64,000 nt of DNA from Halobacteriovoraceae bacterium (GCA_963719505.1 CAVRCF010000004.1:128001-192000), one strand, 5' to 3'. Positions 1-10,915 are shown, counted from the first letter of the stretch. Translations and numbers: made by a program. The notes: generated by a model not told the origin, from the sequence alone.

Positions 1-200
1 TTTGGCGTGAAAAGTTCTTTGCCTCAGTTGAAGATGTTAAAAAGTTGGGCTTTGATGATACTTTTGTCAGAAAGTGGGATTACTACCTTAGTTATTGTGA
101 AGCCGCTTTTATTGAGAGAAATATCTCTGATGTTCAAGTCACTTATATAAAACCAAATAATACAAGTTACTTGGCAGGCCTTATAAAAGAGATGGAGTAG
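1..200 (+). CDS. cfa: Cyclopropane-fatty-acyl-phospholipid synthase family methyltransferase, C-terminal fragment (5' truncated by window)
   Basis: Frame 3 translated by hand: WREKFFASVEDVKKLGFDDTFVRKWDYYLSYCEAAFIERNISDVQV...*, the typical CFA-synthase C-terminus; TAG at 198-200. Confidence 0.8.
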   Translation, partial: WREKFFASVEDVKKLGFDDTFVRKWDYYLSYCEAAFIERNISDVQVTYIKPNNTSYLAGLIKEME

Positions 201-935
201 TTACCACTTTATATTGACACCATCCCATGAGATAAAAAGATGGTCTTCTAGGTTGGCCATGTCGATTCTTTTTAAAATATTTTTTGCGGTCTCATAAGGC
301 TTGTGTAATTTATATTTTGTATTTTTTATAAAAGGTGCCGACAACTGCGTCTCAGTAGTTCCTGGGTGGATGGCCCTCACCACACATTCGATTTTGTCTC
401 TTTTAAATTCGATATCAATCGTTTTAAGAAACATGTTAAGAGCTGCTTTAGAGGATCGATATCCATACCATCCGCCAATTTCATTATCGTCGATACTTCC
501 AACTTTAGCAGATATTGCACAAAAGAGAGAATTTCTACTCTTTCTAAAGTGGTCTTTAAAGTGGCGGGCCAACATTGGTGTAACAAAGCTGTTGACCGCA
601 AAGTATTCTGTAAGGGTTGAAAAATTGATATCTTTCAAACTTTTCTCTGGTGATAAATTTTTGTGATGGAGAGTTCCAATGCAGTTGATGATAAGATCGA
701 CACTTTCGATCTGTTCAGAGAGCTTCTCATAGGACGCTTCTTTTGATGGATCAAAGTGAAGCGCCTCAATTGAATCGACAGCTAAGAGATCTTTTGCTGT
801 TTTCTCATTTCTATAAGTGCCATAAACTTTATCAATCTTATAGTCATCCTTTAGCATTTTTACTAAAGCAAAACCTATTCCTTTGTTGGCCCCTACGACT
901 AATGCCGATTTCACTTTCTTAAGCTCGAAGATCAT
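201..935 (-). CDS. Short-chain dehydrogenase/reductase (C-factor/CsgA-like)
   Basis: VGANKGIG Rossmann motif, SAKVGSI, catalytic YRSSK, HPGTTET. Confidence 0.85.
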   Translation of the reverse strand: MIFELKKVKSALVVGANKGIGFALVKMLKDDYKIDKVYGTYRNEKTAKDLLAVDSIEALHFDPSKEASYEKLSEQIESVDLIINCIGTLHHKNLSPEKSLKDINFSTLTEYFAVNSFVTPMLARHFKDHFRKSRNSLFCAISAKVGSIDDNEIGGWYGYRSSKAALNMFLKTIDIEFKRDKIECVVRAIHPGTTETQLSAPFIKNTKYKLHKPYETAKNILKRIDMANLEDHLFISWDGVNIKW

Positions 936-1447
936 TTTTGTATTCCTATGAGTTTATTATAAATATTTATAGAGATTGGAAAGAAGATGGCCCATAAAAT
1001 CCCAATAAGGGGGAGAGCTTGTACAGCTTGCAGCTTGATCGAGCCAATTTTTGAACCTGAGTAATAGGAGACGGGGGCAAAAATCAAAGCGAGGACTATA
1101 GACAGAAGAGTCTTTCCACTAAATCGGTAAAAGCCTATTTGGTAATAAGGGATAAAAATTATCCACATACCCCACATGAAAGGCGAAGAAATAGGTTCAC
1201 TCCAGTTTGCAAACGAGATATAGCCAAGGTTGAGGACAATAGAGTCTATGATCATTCCCGATATGACAATAAAGGCCGTAAAAGTGATGAATCTTCTGAT
1301 CGGTACTTCTTTATAATAGATAGTCTTGTCGATAAAAAGAAAGATTAGACTCAAAGGCACAGTGAAATATAAGTAGGGCGTTTTGCCCAAATACACATTT
1401 GCAAACCATAGGGATTGAAAAATAATGAGGCGAATAATATTATTCAT
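932..1447 (-). CDS. DUF2878-like membrane protein
   Basis: Hydrophobic, FQSLWF start, PFMWGMWIIF and APVSYYSG motifs; this family is usually found near cfa. Confidence 0.65.
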   Translation of the reverse strand: MNNIIRLIIFQSLWFANVYLGKTPYLYFTVPLSLIFLFIDKTIYYKEVPIRRFITFTAFIVISGMIIDSIVLNLGYISFANWSEPISSPFMWGMWIIFIPYYQIGFYRFSGKTLLSIVLALIFAPVSYYSGSKIGSIKLQAVQALPLIGILWAIFFPISINIYNKLIGIQK

Positions 1448-1917
1448 AAGAGCTCTAAAATATCTTTTTCTATACTCATGGGTTTCGTTTGTGGAGAGTA
1501 TCTTTTAATAACCTTGCCGTGAGTGTCTACTAGAAACTTAGTAAAATTCCATTTGATTTTTTTAGATCCCAAAAGCCCCGGTTTTTCTTTCTTTAAATAT
1601 TTATAAAGATCACTGGCGTCTTTGCCGTTAACGTTAACCTTCTGAAAAATATCAAAAGAGACATTAAACTTTAAGTCACAAAACTCTTTTATCTCTTCAG
1701 AGGTTCCTGGCTCTTGGGATCCAAATTGATTACACGGAAAAGCTAGAATTGACAGCTTGTCCTTATGTTTTTGGTAGAGCTCTTCAAGACCAGCATACTG
1801 GGGTGTAAAACCACAAGCTGAAGCAGTATTAACAATCAAGACGACTCGGCCTGCATATCTTTTAAGCTCAACATCTTTATCGTTTATATCTTTTTCTTTG
1901 TAGACGTAAATAGTCAT
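1444..1917 (-). CDS. Glutathione peroxidase
   Basis: VNTASACGFTPQY, FPCNQFGSQEPG, IKWNFTKFL signatures. Confidence 0.95.
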   Translation of the reverse strand: MTIYVYKEKDINDKDVELKRYAGRVVLIVNTASACGFTPQYAGLEELYQKHKDKLSILAFPCNQFGSQEPGTSEEIKEFCDLKFNVSFDIFQKVNVNGKDASDLYKYLKKEKPGLLGSKKIKWNFTKFLVDTHGKVIKRYSPQTKPMSIEKDILELL

Positions 1918-1918
1918 T

Positions 1919-2545
1919 TTAATTTTTCCTTTTTATGGGTTTATCTGGTTTGGCATACTCAAGCCGGGCAAGAAGCCTTGGCTTATAATATCCCTCTAGT
2001 GAGACTCCACTGGTAACTTTTAGTTTCTCCAGATCTACATAGCCGCTATCGTCACATGCTTTTTCATCGAACTCAACACTTTCTATGCTACCAATGATCA
2101 TGATCGTCCCATTCTCATCAATCTCAATTTCTCGAACAAGCTTCATCCCTATTTTTAAAGGGGACTCTTTAACAAATGGCGCAGCGAAGTCATCTTTAAA
2201 TAGGGCTTCAAGTTTTGTTGCAGTGAATTCGGATCCATCAAAGCGGGCGCTTGTGTGGTGGGCTTGTTCAAAGAATTCTTCCCCAACGGCGTTGATTGTA
2301 TAAAAACCTGTCGTTCGAATATTTTCTAAAGTGTGTCGGGCCACAGAATCTGGTCTAGAGATCATTCCTAAAAGGGCTGGGTCTGCTCCTAGATGGAAAA
2401 CGGAGTTAAATATAGCAAGGTTTTGCACACCTTTATTGTCGATGCTGCCGATGAGATTAAGTGATTTAAAACCACTTAGAGAGTTAACAAAGGCCCCTCG
2501 AAAGCGCTTTTCAAATTGGTTTATATCTTCTTTTGTATATTTCAT
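1919..2545 (-). CDS. Flavin reductase family protein
   Basis: NSLSGFKS, NLAIFNSVFHLGADP, HTLENI, APFVKES motifs. Confidence 0.85.
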   Translation of the reverse strand: MKYTKEDINQFEKRFRGAFVNSLSGFKSLNLIGSIDNKGVQNLAIFNSVFHLGADPALLGMISRPDSVARHTLENIRTTGFYTINAVGEEFFEQAHHTSARFDGSEFTATKLEALFKDDFAAPFVKESPLKIGMKLVREIEIDENGTIMIIGSIESVEFDEKACDDSGYVDLEKLKVTSGVSLEGYYKPRLLARLEYAKPDKPIKRKN

Positions 2546-2650
2546 CTTAAAACTCCTAGACTTGATATTAGCTTTTTAGAGACAGTTTCAAAATAAGTGT
2601 CGAGCATTTGTTTACTGTTCAAATAATATTGTTAAAATGATAATGCATTT

Positions 2651-3118
2651 ATGGAACTACTTGAAATAAAAAAACTACTACATCATCGTGAGCCTTACCT
2701 TATGGTGTCTAAAGTCTTGCATCTATCTGCTTCAGAGATCGAAACTCAGTGCGTTCACCGCGGAGATGAAGGTCATTTAAGGGGGCATTTTCCGGGGGCT
2801 CCGGTTGTCCCAGGCGCGATGATTCAAGAGTTCTGTACCCAAAGCGCTGGTATTCTTATCACGAAGCATTATAGCCCTGTCGAAAATTATGATTCAGAAA
2901 AAACCAAAGGATATGCTCTTGGGGTTTTAAATAAGATTGAGTTTGCAAAGTATTTAGAAATAGTTAAACCCTCACATTCACTTGAAGCTAAAGTCGAGCT
3001 TGTAGAGAACGTAGACAACTTGTTTAAGTTTAAAGCCCGTGTTTTTCAACAGGGTGTTTTAAAAGCGAAGCTAAAGTTTAACTTAGTTAATATCAGTGAT
3101 TCTTATTTGACTGAATAG
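2651..3118 (+). CDS. 3-hydroxyacyl-ACP dehydratase FabZ/FabA-like hot-dog protein
   Basis: LHHREPYLMV and GHFPGAPVVPGAMIQE motifs. Confidence 0.8.
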   Translation: MELLEIKKLLHHREPYLMVSKVLHLSASEIETQCVHRGDEGHLRGHFPGAPVVPGAMIQEFCTQSAGILITKHYSPVENYDSEKTKGYALGVLNKIEFAKYLEIVKPSHSLEAKVELVENVDNLFKFKARVFQQGVLKAKLKFNLVNISDSYLTE

Positions 3119-4119
3119 TAACCAATAATTCCTGAGTCGGTTGCAAAATAGACTTTGTCTTCGATCGCCTCTAATGCTCTAAATCTGTCATTTAAATTTT
3201 CTGATAACTTTTCTTGGGAGCTAAATTTACCATCTTTAATTTTTAATCTCACCAGTTGTTGTGTTCCTAGGCACGCTAGGTAAAGGTGATCTTGATGGAT
3301 GAGTATTTCAGAAAATGAAAGGGAAGGAACCCAGTGTTTTACTGGAGAGACATACCCTTTCTTTGAGGTTGCACCTATTTCTCCACCACCGTATTCTTCT
3401 CCAAATGTAACCACTGGCCAGCCGTAGTTATTTTTGGCTTTTAAAATATTTATTTCATCACCACCTTGGGGACCAAATTCTCCTTCATAAATAATTCCGT
3501 CGTGCAAAGTGAGTCCCTGGGGATTTCGGTGTCCGTAAGAATAGATGGCCCTGGTCGATTCGTTTTTATTTTTAGCGTAAGGGTTATCTTGCGGTATACT
3601 TCCATCAAGGTTGAGCCTTAAGACTTTTCCATTGTGAACTGTAAGGTCTTGAGACTTGTCTCTTTGTCCTCTCTCCCCAACAGTCATGAAGATCTTGTCA
3701 TCTTTTATAAGAAGCCTAGATCCATAGTGATGGGTTGTTGATTCATACGCATCGGCTGTAAAGATATTCTCTAGCGCAGAGACTTTAGAATTTTGAAAAG
3801 TCGCCTTTGCAAGTCTTGTCGTATTGCCTTTGTCAGCTTTAAAAGAATAGGTAAAAAATAGAGTGTCTTGAAAATAGTAGACATCTAATAAACCACCTTG
3901 GCCTGAAACTTTAAGATTAGGAAAACTAATATCTAGTTTTGTGGCTTTGTTCGTTTTTAAATTCAAAGTAAAGACTGAACCCTCTATAGTGGTAAAAACC
4001 ATTTCATTATTAGAGACTTTAGTGAGGCCCCAAATTTGAGAATCGTGTTTGTAGACCTTTGTCACATTGGAAAAAGAGAGTACTGAAAAGAGAAGGAATG
4101 GGATGATTAAGTTTTTCAT
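3103..4119 (-). CDS. PQQ-dependent sugar dehydrogenase (YliI/Asd family)
   Basis: Signal peptide; GQGGLLD, HYGSRL, GKVLRLNLDGSIPQDNP, YGHRNPQG, GGDEINIL. Confidence 0.9.
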   Translation of the reverse strand: MKNLIIPFLLFSVLSFSNVTKVYKHDSQIWGLTKVSNNEMVFTTIEGSVFTLNLKTNKATKLDISFPNLKVSGQGGLLDVYYFQDTLFFTYSFKADKGNTTRLAKATFQNSKVSALENIFTADAYESTTHHYGSRLLIKDDKIFMTVGERGQRDKSQDLTVHNGKVLRLNLDGSIPQDNPYAKNKNESTRAIYSYGHRNPQGLTLHDGIIYEGEFGPQGGDEINILKAKNNYGWPVVTFGEEYGGGEIGATSKKGYVSPVKHWVPSLSFSEILIHQDHLYLACLGTQQLVRLKIKDGKFSSQEKLSENLNDRFRALEAIEDKVYFATDSGIIGYYSVK

Positions 4120-4128
4120 CCCATTATT

Positions 4129-4542
4129 CTAGAAGTGTTTTAATCTAATGTTAATAACTTTCTTTTGGTTTGGACCGATTGTGAACACGGCTTTACTAAA
4201 ACTTGGTGCGCCTGTGAGGATGGTTGGATTATTAGAAAAGCCAAACCCCTCTTTAGGAATACCTAGAAAGTTTGTATCGAGTTTACTGTTTCTATTTTTG
4301 TCGTGGTACATGGCAATGGCGTAGCTTCCAGGTTCTAAATTCGATATTAGAGCGCTAAAATTGGGTTTCGCCTTCTGTGTGGAAGTCTCGTACGTTGTGT
4401 TGTAGTCGTCAGGAAAACCAACACTTGAATTCCAAAGTGCTATTTGCACATCTCCGTTGTAATTTTTAAATCCTGTTATCTTCACCTTTAAAGAGGATGC
4501 AAACGCCGATAGTGAAAGTGTAAGCATAATGAGTAGTTTCAT
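4129..4542 (-). CDS. DUF2141 domain secreted protein
   Basis: PGSYAIAMYHDKNRNSKLDTNFLGIPKEGFGFSNN; likely start MKLL at 4542. Confidence 0.85.
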   Translation of the reverse strand: MKLLIMLTLSLSAFASSLKVKITGFKNYNGDVQIALWNSSVGFPDDYNTTYETSTQKAKPNFSALISNLEPGSYAIAMYHDKNRNSKLDTNFLGIPKEGFGFSNNPTILTGAPSFSKAVFTIGPNQKKVINIRLKHF

Positions 4543-4676
4543 GAGCGATCCTTTGTTGTTGTGCAATGAGTCTACCCTGCAAGGGCTCTGGAAAGTAGGG
4601 AATGTGTAATATTTTTACTTGTGTAAACCTCTGAAAATTCGTACCTTTAGGACATTAATTCTTCCAAAAGGTCATT

Positions 4677-5240
4677 ATGAGTCTTCAAACAGAACTAGAA
4701 AATAGATCAGGTCATAAATGTGAAATTTGTGAAAGCAGTGATTCGCTCACGAATATTGATCTTAAAGAGGGTGAAGCCTTGGCTTCAAGTGTTTGTCTTT
4801 GCCTTAAGTGCAAAGAGGCTGTAGAGGCGAAAGACTTTTCTGATCATAATCATTTTAGGTGTCTAAATAACTCCATGTGGAGTGAGCATTCAGCAGTAAA
4901 GGTCTTAAGCTATAGAATTTTATACTCTTTATCCTCAGAGGTTTGGGCCCAGGATCTATTGGAGCAAATCTATTTAGATGAGGATGAACTTGAATGGGCC
5001 AAAGAAGGAATAGAGGCCAAGGCAAGTGGCGCGGTTATTGTCGACTCAAACGGCGCTCTATTAAGTGGTGGGGATTCAGTGACTTTAATCAAAGACTTAG
5101 TCGTTAAAGGTGCAAACTTTACGGCCAAGCGGGGCACTATGGTGAGAAATATTAGTCTGACTGAGGACCCCAAATATATTGAAGGTAAAGTAAACGGAAG
5201 TCACATTGTTATTATTGCGGCGTTTGTCAAAAAGCAATAA
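4677..5240 (+). CDS. PhnA/YjdM domain protein
   Basis: N-terminal CxxC zinc ribbon; C-terminal DSNGALLSGGDSVTLIKDLVVKGANFTAKRGT. Confidence 0.85.
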   Translation: MSLQTELENRSGHKCEICESSDSLTNIDLKEGEALASSVCLCLKCKEAVEAKDFSDHNHFRCLNNSMWSEHSAVKVLSYRILYSLSSEVWAQDLLEQIYLDEDELEWAKEGIEAKASGAVIVDSNGALLSGGDSVTLIKDLVVKGANFTAKRGTMVRNISLTEDPKYIEGKVNGSHIVIIAAFVKKQ

Positions 5241-5252
5241 GATGTATTTTTT

Positions 5253-7124
5253 ATGATTAAAGCTCAAAACACCATAAATACCAATATTGAGTTCAAAAAG
5301 CATCTCTATAAGATAGTGAGTATGTTGCTGCTGTCTACATTTCTTCTCGTTCTTTACTCTCACATACAAAACAGCTTTCTCAAAGGCACAGTTGACTCGT
5401 TAGAGAAGAGAAATATTATCTTCCTTAACTTTATTACGATGAGACAACTCCAAACAGACATGGAGACTGGACTTCGAGGCTTTGTTATCGAAAAAGAGGA
5501 GGCTTATCTTGCTCCTTACACACAAGCTGAGTTGAGGCTTGACGTTTTAGAAGAAAAAATTTTTAAAGATTTGACGGATGAATACCTCCTCGCAAAGTAT
5601 TACAGGGATGTCATTGAGAAGTTTAACTCTTGGAAAAAATATTCAAAAGATATTATTGCTGTTGTTAAAGAAAATCCTGATCAAGCAGACAGGTATACGA
5701 AGCAAGGAAAATTACTTTTTGATGATTTAAGAATGGAGGCAGATGCGTTCGAGCGTGAACTCAATAGAGAGATCTTAATGAGAAGAGGGAAGCTCGACAG
5801 ATTTGATAAATACTCTTTAGGATTAGAGCTGGTCTATTCAGGTTTAATCGTTATTTTTCTAATCTACTTTTTGATAAAACAAATAAGAAATCTTATTTCA
5901 AATTATTCGACTTTATTGAAAGAAAACGAGAGAAACCTCAGGAAAATTGAAGATGCTTCTAAGGCAAAAGATCTCTTTCTTGCAAATATGAGTCATGAAA
6001 TAAGAACGCCTTTGGGAGCTATTATAGGCTTTTCTGAAATTGTGGCAAAAGATCCAGCCTTATCCCAAGAATCCAAAAGCCATATCAGTTTCGTAAAGCG
6101 AAATAGTAAACATCTTCTCAGCTTGATAAATGATCTTTTTGACATCTCAAAAATAGTTGCAAAAAAACTTGAAGTGAAAAGTGAACAAGTAGAGATTTCT
6201 ACTTTTGTTGAGGACTTGGATAATATGTTTGCAAGCCAAGTGAACGACAAAAAAATCGATCTATCTTTAAAGACCTCTAAGAATATTCCACAGATGATTA
6301 AAACTGATAAAACAAGGTTGACTCAAGTTCTTTCAAACCTTATTGGAAACGCTGTTAAGTTTACTCCGGAAAAAGGGAAGATTGATGTTCTTATCACTTT
6401 TGAAGATGAAAGTTTGATCGTTGACGTAATCGATTCGGGAATTGGAATTGAAAAAAGTCATCAGCATTTAATTTTTGAGGCTTTTAATCAAGGTGATGAC
6501 ACACATTCTAGACAATACGGAGGAGCAGGCTTAGGTCTTGCTATCTCTCAAAAACTTGCATCTTTAATTGGGGGAGATATCATACTCGTGTCCTCAAAAA
6601 GAAATGTTGGCTCTCACTTTCGTTTCGTTTTAGAAGTATCAGAGCGCAGCAGTGAGCGGTTAAACAGCGATGAAGTCTACAAAGATGATCATAGTCTTTC
6701 CAATTATGATAACTCAAACGTTTCACTTGTAAGCTATGACTTTTCCGAAAAAAAGATATTACTTGCTGAAGACTCAAAAGAAAATCAGATACTGTTTAAA
6801 GTCTATATAGAATCGACAGGTGCACAGTTGGAAGTCGTAGAAAATGGATCCGAAGCTGTGCGAAAGATTTTAAGTGGAGAAAAATTTGATTTAGTTCTTT
6901 TAGATATTCAAATGCCAGGGATGGATGGCTATGAGGCCTTGAAAATTTTAAGAGAGGCCAACTATGCCGGAAATATTATCGCTCTCACGGCGCATGCTCT
7001 CAAAGGGGTGCGGGATAAGTGTCTTAGACTTGGTTTTAATGATTACGTATCTAAACCTGTCACTCAACCCGCATTACTCACCAAAATAAACCTCTATCTC
7101 AGTGAAGAGGACTATCTCAACTAA
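5253..7124 (+). CDS. Hybrid sensor histidine kinase/response regulator with CHASE3-like sensor domain
   Basis: Two TM segments around ETGLRGF (CHASE3), FLANMSHEIRTPL, NLIGNAVKFT, GGAGLGL, receiver LLDIQMPGMDG. Confidence 0.92.
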   Translation: MIKAQNTINTNIEFKKHLYKIVSMLLLSTFLLVLYSHIQNSFLKGTVDSLEKRNIIFLNFITMRQLQTDMETGLRGFVIEKEEAYLAPYTQAELRLDVLEEKIFKDLTDEYLLAKYYRDVIEKFNSWKKYSKDIIAVVKENPDQADRYTKQGKLLFDDLRMEADAFERELNREILMRRGKLDRFDKYSLGLELVYSGLIVIFLIYFLIKQIRNLISNYSTLLKENERNLRKIEDASKAKDLFLANMSHEIRTPLGAIIGFSEIVAKDPALSQESKSHISFVKRNSKHLLSLINDLFDISKIVAKKLEVKSEQVEISTFVEDLDNMFASQVNDKKIDLSLKTSKNIPQMIKTDKTRLTQVLSNLIGNAVKFTPEKGKIDVLITFEDESLIVDVIDSGIGIEKSHQHLIFEAFNQGDDTHSRQYGGAGLGLAISQKLASLIGGDIILVSSKRNVGSHFRFVLEVSERSSERLNSDEVYKDDHSLSNYDNSNVSLVSYDFSEKKILLAEDSKENQILFKVYIESTGAQLEVVENGSEAVRKILSGEKFDLVLLDIQMPGMDGYEALKILREANYAGNIIALTAHALKGVRDKCLRLGFNDYVSKPVTQPALLTKINLYLSEEDYLN

Positions 7125-7978
7125 TAACACATCACTTTAGATAACCTTGAGTAGAAAACTTTCTTTTCGCTACAGCTAAAGAGTCCGTGTTTTACACAAA
7201 TTTCTCTTGATTCCCCAGCGGGAATTGTGACCTGTCTCTCTCCACCAAAGAAGTTCTTTTTTTCTGTGACAACGCTTTTAGAGAACTCAAAGCTTCCAAG
7301 GGTCCAAGATTCAGGACAGTAGTAGTCGTCAATATTTTGAGTACCAGAGTTAAAAACCTCTAGAGGATTTATTGAAATAGGAGTCGTCTCACTGTCATAG
7401 TAATTTTCCCCTCTAAAAGAGCAAAACTTTTGATTCCCAATGGCTTTTACAACTCCTGACTTTTGTCTGAATACTTCTTTTTCGCAATCATCTTGTGAAT
7501 GAATTCCATTATGAAGAAGAACAACATCTCCCGCCTCGATAGTGTCATTAATAATATAGTGTAAAGTCACTGATGACTTGATTCCGTAAACATCATAAGA
7601 GACATCAATGCTTTGATCACCGGCTTCAACTACTGTATAAACAGCTGCGAAGCTACATGTTGCTCCAACTTCTAGAGTGTCAAAGCAGTTAAGTCTAGTC
7701 ACGTTTACTAGACTGGGGGCTCCAAAAAATTCGAACCCTAAATGATTCAAAGCTTTTGTTCCGGTGTTTTCAATTTTAATGACGATAATTTCGCTGCTAT
7801 CAAAATGAGTTTTCGACACACTTGCGGTAAATTTATCGTTAACACCCACAGTTTCATCAATAGTGTCTTCTGTTATACCAGGTGTAAGAGTGACAATCTT
7901 ATTATCTTTTGAGTCATCTACTTTTTTGCCACAACTAAAAAAAGTGAGAAATGTAATCAAAATTCCAATGCTTTTCAT
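7121..7978 (-). CDS. Hypothetical Cys-rich lipoprotein with Ig-like segment
   Basis: Lipobox-like FFSC, several Cys, SD AGGGAG, sigma54 promoter directly upstream. Confidence 0.65.
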   Translation of the reverse strand: MKSIGILITFLTFFSCGKKVDDSKDNKIVTLTPGITEDTIDETVGVNDKFTASVSKTHFDSSEIIVIKIENTGTKALNHLGFEFFGAPSLVNVTRLNCFDTLEVGATCSFAAVYTVVEAGDQSIDVSYDVYGIKSSVTLHYIINDTIEAGDVVLLHNGIHSQDDCEKEVFRQKSGVVKAIGNQKFCSFRGENYYDSETTPISINPLEVFNSGTQNIDDYYCPESWTLGSFEFSKSVVTEKKNFFGGERQVTIPAGESREICVKHGLFSCSEKKVFYSRLSKVMCY

Positions 7979-8013
7979 AACGAACTCCCTTGTTCATATG
8001 CTAGCTTCTATAG

Positions 8014-8030
8014 AGCAACTTCCGTGCCAA
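8014..8030 (-). promoter_or_regulatory. Sigma54 (-24/-12) promoter for the 7121..7978 lipoprotein gene
   Basis: Minus strand TTGGCAC-GGAAG-TTGCT matches TGGCAC-N5-TTGCW; predicted +1 near 8003, about 25 nt before the ATG. Confidence 0.75.
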
Positions 8031-8176
8031 TCTAAGGTGCTGATTTTATAATACATGATTATGCTTAGTGCCAAAAGGCGAACAGAATGCCCTGCTTTTA
8101 ACCTTTAAAGTCGGTGCCATTTAGGTTATGCTTCAGCTGTTAACCACCTGATTTATTTATAAAAAAAGGATAATTT

Positions 8177-10396
8177 ATGTCTTCAAAAATCATCTACACT
8201 AAAACGGATGAGGCACCAGCTCTCGCAACTCAGTCATTCTTACCAATTGTTAAGAGTTTTACAGCTCAAGCAGGTATAGAAATTGAACTAAAAGACATAT
8301 CTCTTGCCGGCCGCTTGATTTCAAACTTTCCTGAAAACCTAAACGATAACCAAAAAATTAGTGATGCTTTAGCTGAGCTTGGAGAAATCGCAAAAACGGC
8401 TCAAGCAAATATTATTAAACTTCCGAATATCTCAGCTTCAGTCCCTCAGTTAAAAGAGTGCATCAAAGAGCTGCAAGATCATGGATATAAGATTCCAAAC
8501 TTCCCAGATGAAGCTAAAACCGATGAACAGCAACAGCTTAGAGCTAAATTCGCCAAGGTTTTAGGATCTGCTGTAAATCCAGTTTTAAGAGAAGGAAACT
8601 CAGACAGAAGAGTTGCAGCTCCCGTAAAAGAGTTTGCTCAAAATAATCCGCACTCGATGGGACAGTGGTCAAAGGATTCTAAGTCACATGTAAGCTCTAT
8701 GAGTGAGGGTGACTTCTATGGCTCTGAAAAATCATATATTTCTTCTAAGGACCAAAAAGTAAACATCTCCCTTCATACAGGCTCAGGTGTTGTGGTTTTA
8801 AAAGAGGGGTTAAATATTCTTAAAGACGAAATCATTGATGCCAGTGCTATGAGCGCTAAGGCCCTTGACTCATTTTTCAAAGAAGAGATTGAAGATGCAA
8901 AAAACAAAGACGTTCTTTTTTCTCTTCATATGAAAGCGACGATGATGAAAGTTTCAGATCCTGTAATATTTGGTCATGGTGTTCGAGCATTCTATTCAGA
9001 CCTTTTTAAAAAGCACTCTGCTACTTTTGAAAAAGTTGGTCTTAACGTAAACAATGGAATTGGAGATTTATATAATAAATTTTCAAAAATGGATGCTGCT
9101 GAGAAAACTCAAATTGAAAAAGATCTAAAAGATCTCTACGCTAAGCGTCCCGCTCTTGCCATGGTTGATTCAGATAAAGGAATCACAAACCTTCATGTTC
9201 CAAGTGATGTTATTATCGACGCTTCAATGCCAGCGATGATTCGTACAAGCGGAAAAATGTGGGGTCCAGATGGAAAGGCCTACGATACAAAAGCGGTTAT
9301 ACCTGACAGAAGCTACGCTGGTATTTATCAAGCAACGATTGATTTCTGTAGAGAAAATGGAGCTTTTGATCCAAAGACTATGGGAAGCGTTGCCAATGTT
9401 GGACTTATGGCCAAAAAAGCTGAAGAGTATGGCTCACACGATAAGACATTTATTATCACTGAAGCGGGAACAGTAAAAGTAACGGGCGAAGATGAAACTG
9501 TGATTTTTGAACATACGGTAGAGGCCGGAGATATTTGGAGAATGTGTCAAACTAAAGATGTTGCAGTTAAGGACTGGGTTAAGCTTGCTGTCAATAGAGC
9601 GAAGCAAACTGGTGCACCAACTATCTTTTGGCTTGATAGTAAAAGGGCGCATGACTCTAATCTTATCAATAAAGTGAACGAATATTTAAAAGATTACGAT
9701 ACAGCTGGTTTAGAGATAAAAATTATGAATCCAGTTGATGCCACAATCTACTCTTGTGAGAAAATAAAAGACGGAAAAGATACGATCTCTGTAACGGGAA
9801 ATGTGCTTAGAGATTATCTTACAGATCTATTTCCAATCCTTGAACTCGGAACAAGTGCAAAAATGCTATCAATTGTTCCACTTCTTGCTGGTGGTGGGTT
9901 ATTTGAGACCGGCGCTGGTGGATCCGCACCAAAACATGTTCAACAATTTGAACAAGAAAATCATCTTCGATGGGATAGTCTTGGAGAGTTTTTAGCTTTG
10001 GGTGTGTCACTTGAAGACATAGCGATTAAAAATAACAATACCAAAGCAAAAGTTCTTGCAACTTCTTTGGATCAAGCAAATTCAAAGTTTTTAAAAACAA
10101 ATAAGTCACCTTCTAGAAAAGTGGGAGAGCTAGATAATAGAGGTTCTCATTTCTATCTTTCTCTTTACTGGGCGGAGGCGTTGGCCAATCAAAATGAAGA
10201 TGCCCAATTAAAAGAAAAATTTACTAAAATATTTAAAGACCTAAGTTCTCATGAATCTGAGATTGTTAATGAGTTAAATGCCGCGCAAGGGAAATCAATA
10301 GATATGGGTGGTTATTATCACACTGACGATCAAAAAGTTTCAAAAGCTATGCGACCGTCTGAGACTTTTAACACAATCATAAATGGTCTTTTATAG
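8177..10396 (+). CDS. icd: Monomeric NADP-dependent isocitrate dehydrogenase
   Basis: 739 aa; [43 protein letters not shown]. Confidence 0.97.
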   Translation: MSSKIIYTKTDEAPALATQSFLPIVKSFTAQAGIEIELKDISLAGRLISNFPENLNDNQKISDALAELGEIAKTAQANIIKLPNISASVPQLKECIKELQDHGYKIPNFPDEAKTDEQQQLRAKFAKVLGSAVNPVLREGNSDRRVAAPVKEFAQNNPHSMGQWSKDSKSHVSSMSEGDFYGSEKSYISSKDQKVNISLHTGSGVVVLKEGLNILKDEIIDASAMSAKALDSFFKEEIEDAKNKDVLFSLHMKATMMKVSDPVIFGHGVRAFYSDLFKKHSATFEKVGLNVNNGIGDLYNKFSKMDAAEKTQIEKDLKDLYAKRPALAMVDSDKGITNLHVPSDVIIDASMPAMIRTSGKMWGPDGKAYDTKAVIPDRSYAGIYQATIDFCRENGAFDPKTMGSVANVGLMAKKAEEYGSHDKTFIITEAGTVKVTGEDETVIFEHTVEAGDIWRMCQTKDVAVKDWVKLAVNRAKQTGAPTIFWLDSKRAHDSNLINKVNEYLKDYDTAGLEIKIMNPVDATIYSCEKIKDGKDTISVTGNVLRDYLTDLFPILELGTSAKMLSIVPLLAGGGLFETGAGGSAPKHVQQFEQENHLRWDSLGEFLALGVSLEDIAIKNNNTKAKVLATSLDQANSKFLKTNKSPSRKVGELDNRGSHFYLSLYWAEALANQNEDAQLKEKFTKIFKDLSSHESEIVNELNAAQGKSIDMGGYYHTDDQKVSKAMRPSETFNTIINGLL

Positions 10397-10908
10397 TGAA
10401 CGAAAAACTTCAAGAAGCCATTGAAATAGCTTTAGAGAACCAATATTGCGTTCAAGAAAAACACCTGCGCCATCTTTTAAACAACTGCTTTCTCATCGTG
10501 AGAGATTCAGCTGAAGAGAAGGGAGCGGATATGGCAGATGTACAATTCTTTGTCATGAAATTCTTTAAAGAACTTCCTAAAACTCTCAATGGTATTAAAA
10601 GAAGTGAACTCTATAAGAAAGGGGCAAAGCTTCTCTCTTTGATCTTTAATAAACTTGATGTGGAAGTTTCTGAAAAGGAATGTTTCGTTCTTTTTCACTT
10701 TAGAGACCTTGGTAAGTTTAGAACAAAAGAGGCCAAAGCTTTTAACGAGTTAAAAACTGAGTGGGGGCTCCATAAAGACTTTTCTTTAGACGAGCCCGAC
10801 TTTCTAGAAGCCGTTAGAGATTTAAAGAATCACGGCTTTATCAGTCATAGGCGAGGGGCTATCACTTTGAGTGAAGCCTGTGTCTTTAGATACAAGATGG
10901 TTGAGTAG
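10396..10908 (+). CDS. Hypothetical protein
   Basis: 170-aa ORF with GTG overlapping the icd stop; no motif recognised. Confidence 0.6.
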   Translation: MNEKLQEAIEIALENQYCVQEKHLRHLLNNCFLIVRDSAEEKGADMADVQFFVMKFFKELPKTLNGIKRSELYKKGAKLLSLIFNKLDVEVSEKECFVLFHFRDLGKFRTKEAKAFNELKTEWGLHKDFSLDEPDFLEAVRDLKNHGFISHRRGAITLSEACVFRYKMVE

Positions 10909-10915
10909 GAGTCTT

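Noticed and set aside
8060-8075. Second TGGCAC on the minus strand
   Set aside because: No TTGC at the -12 position
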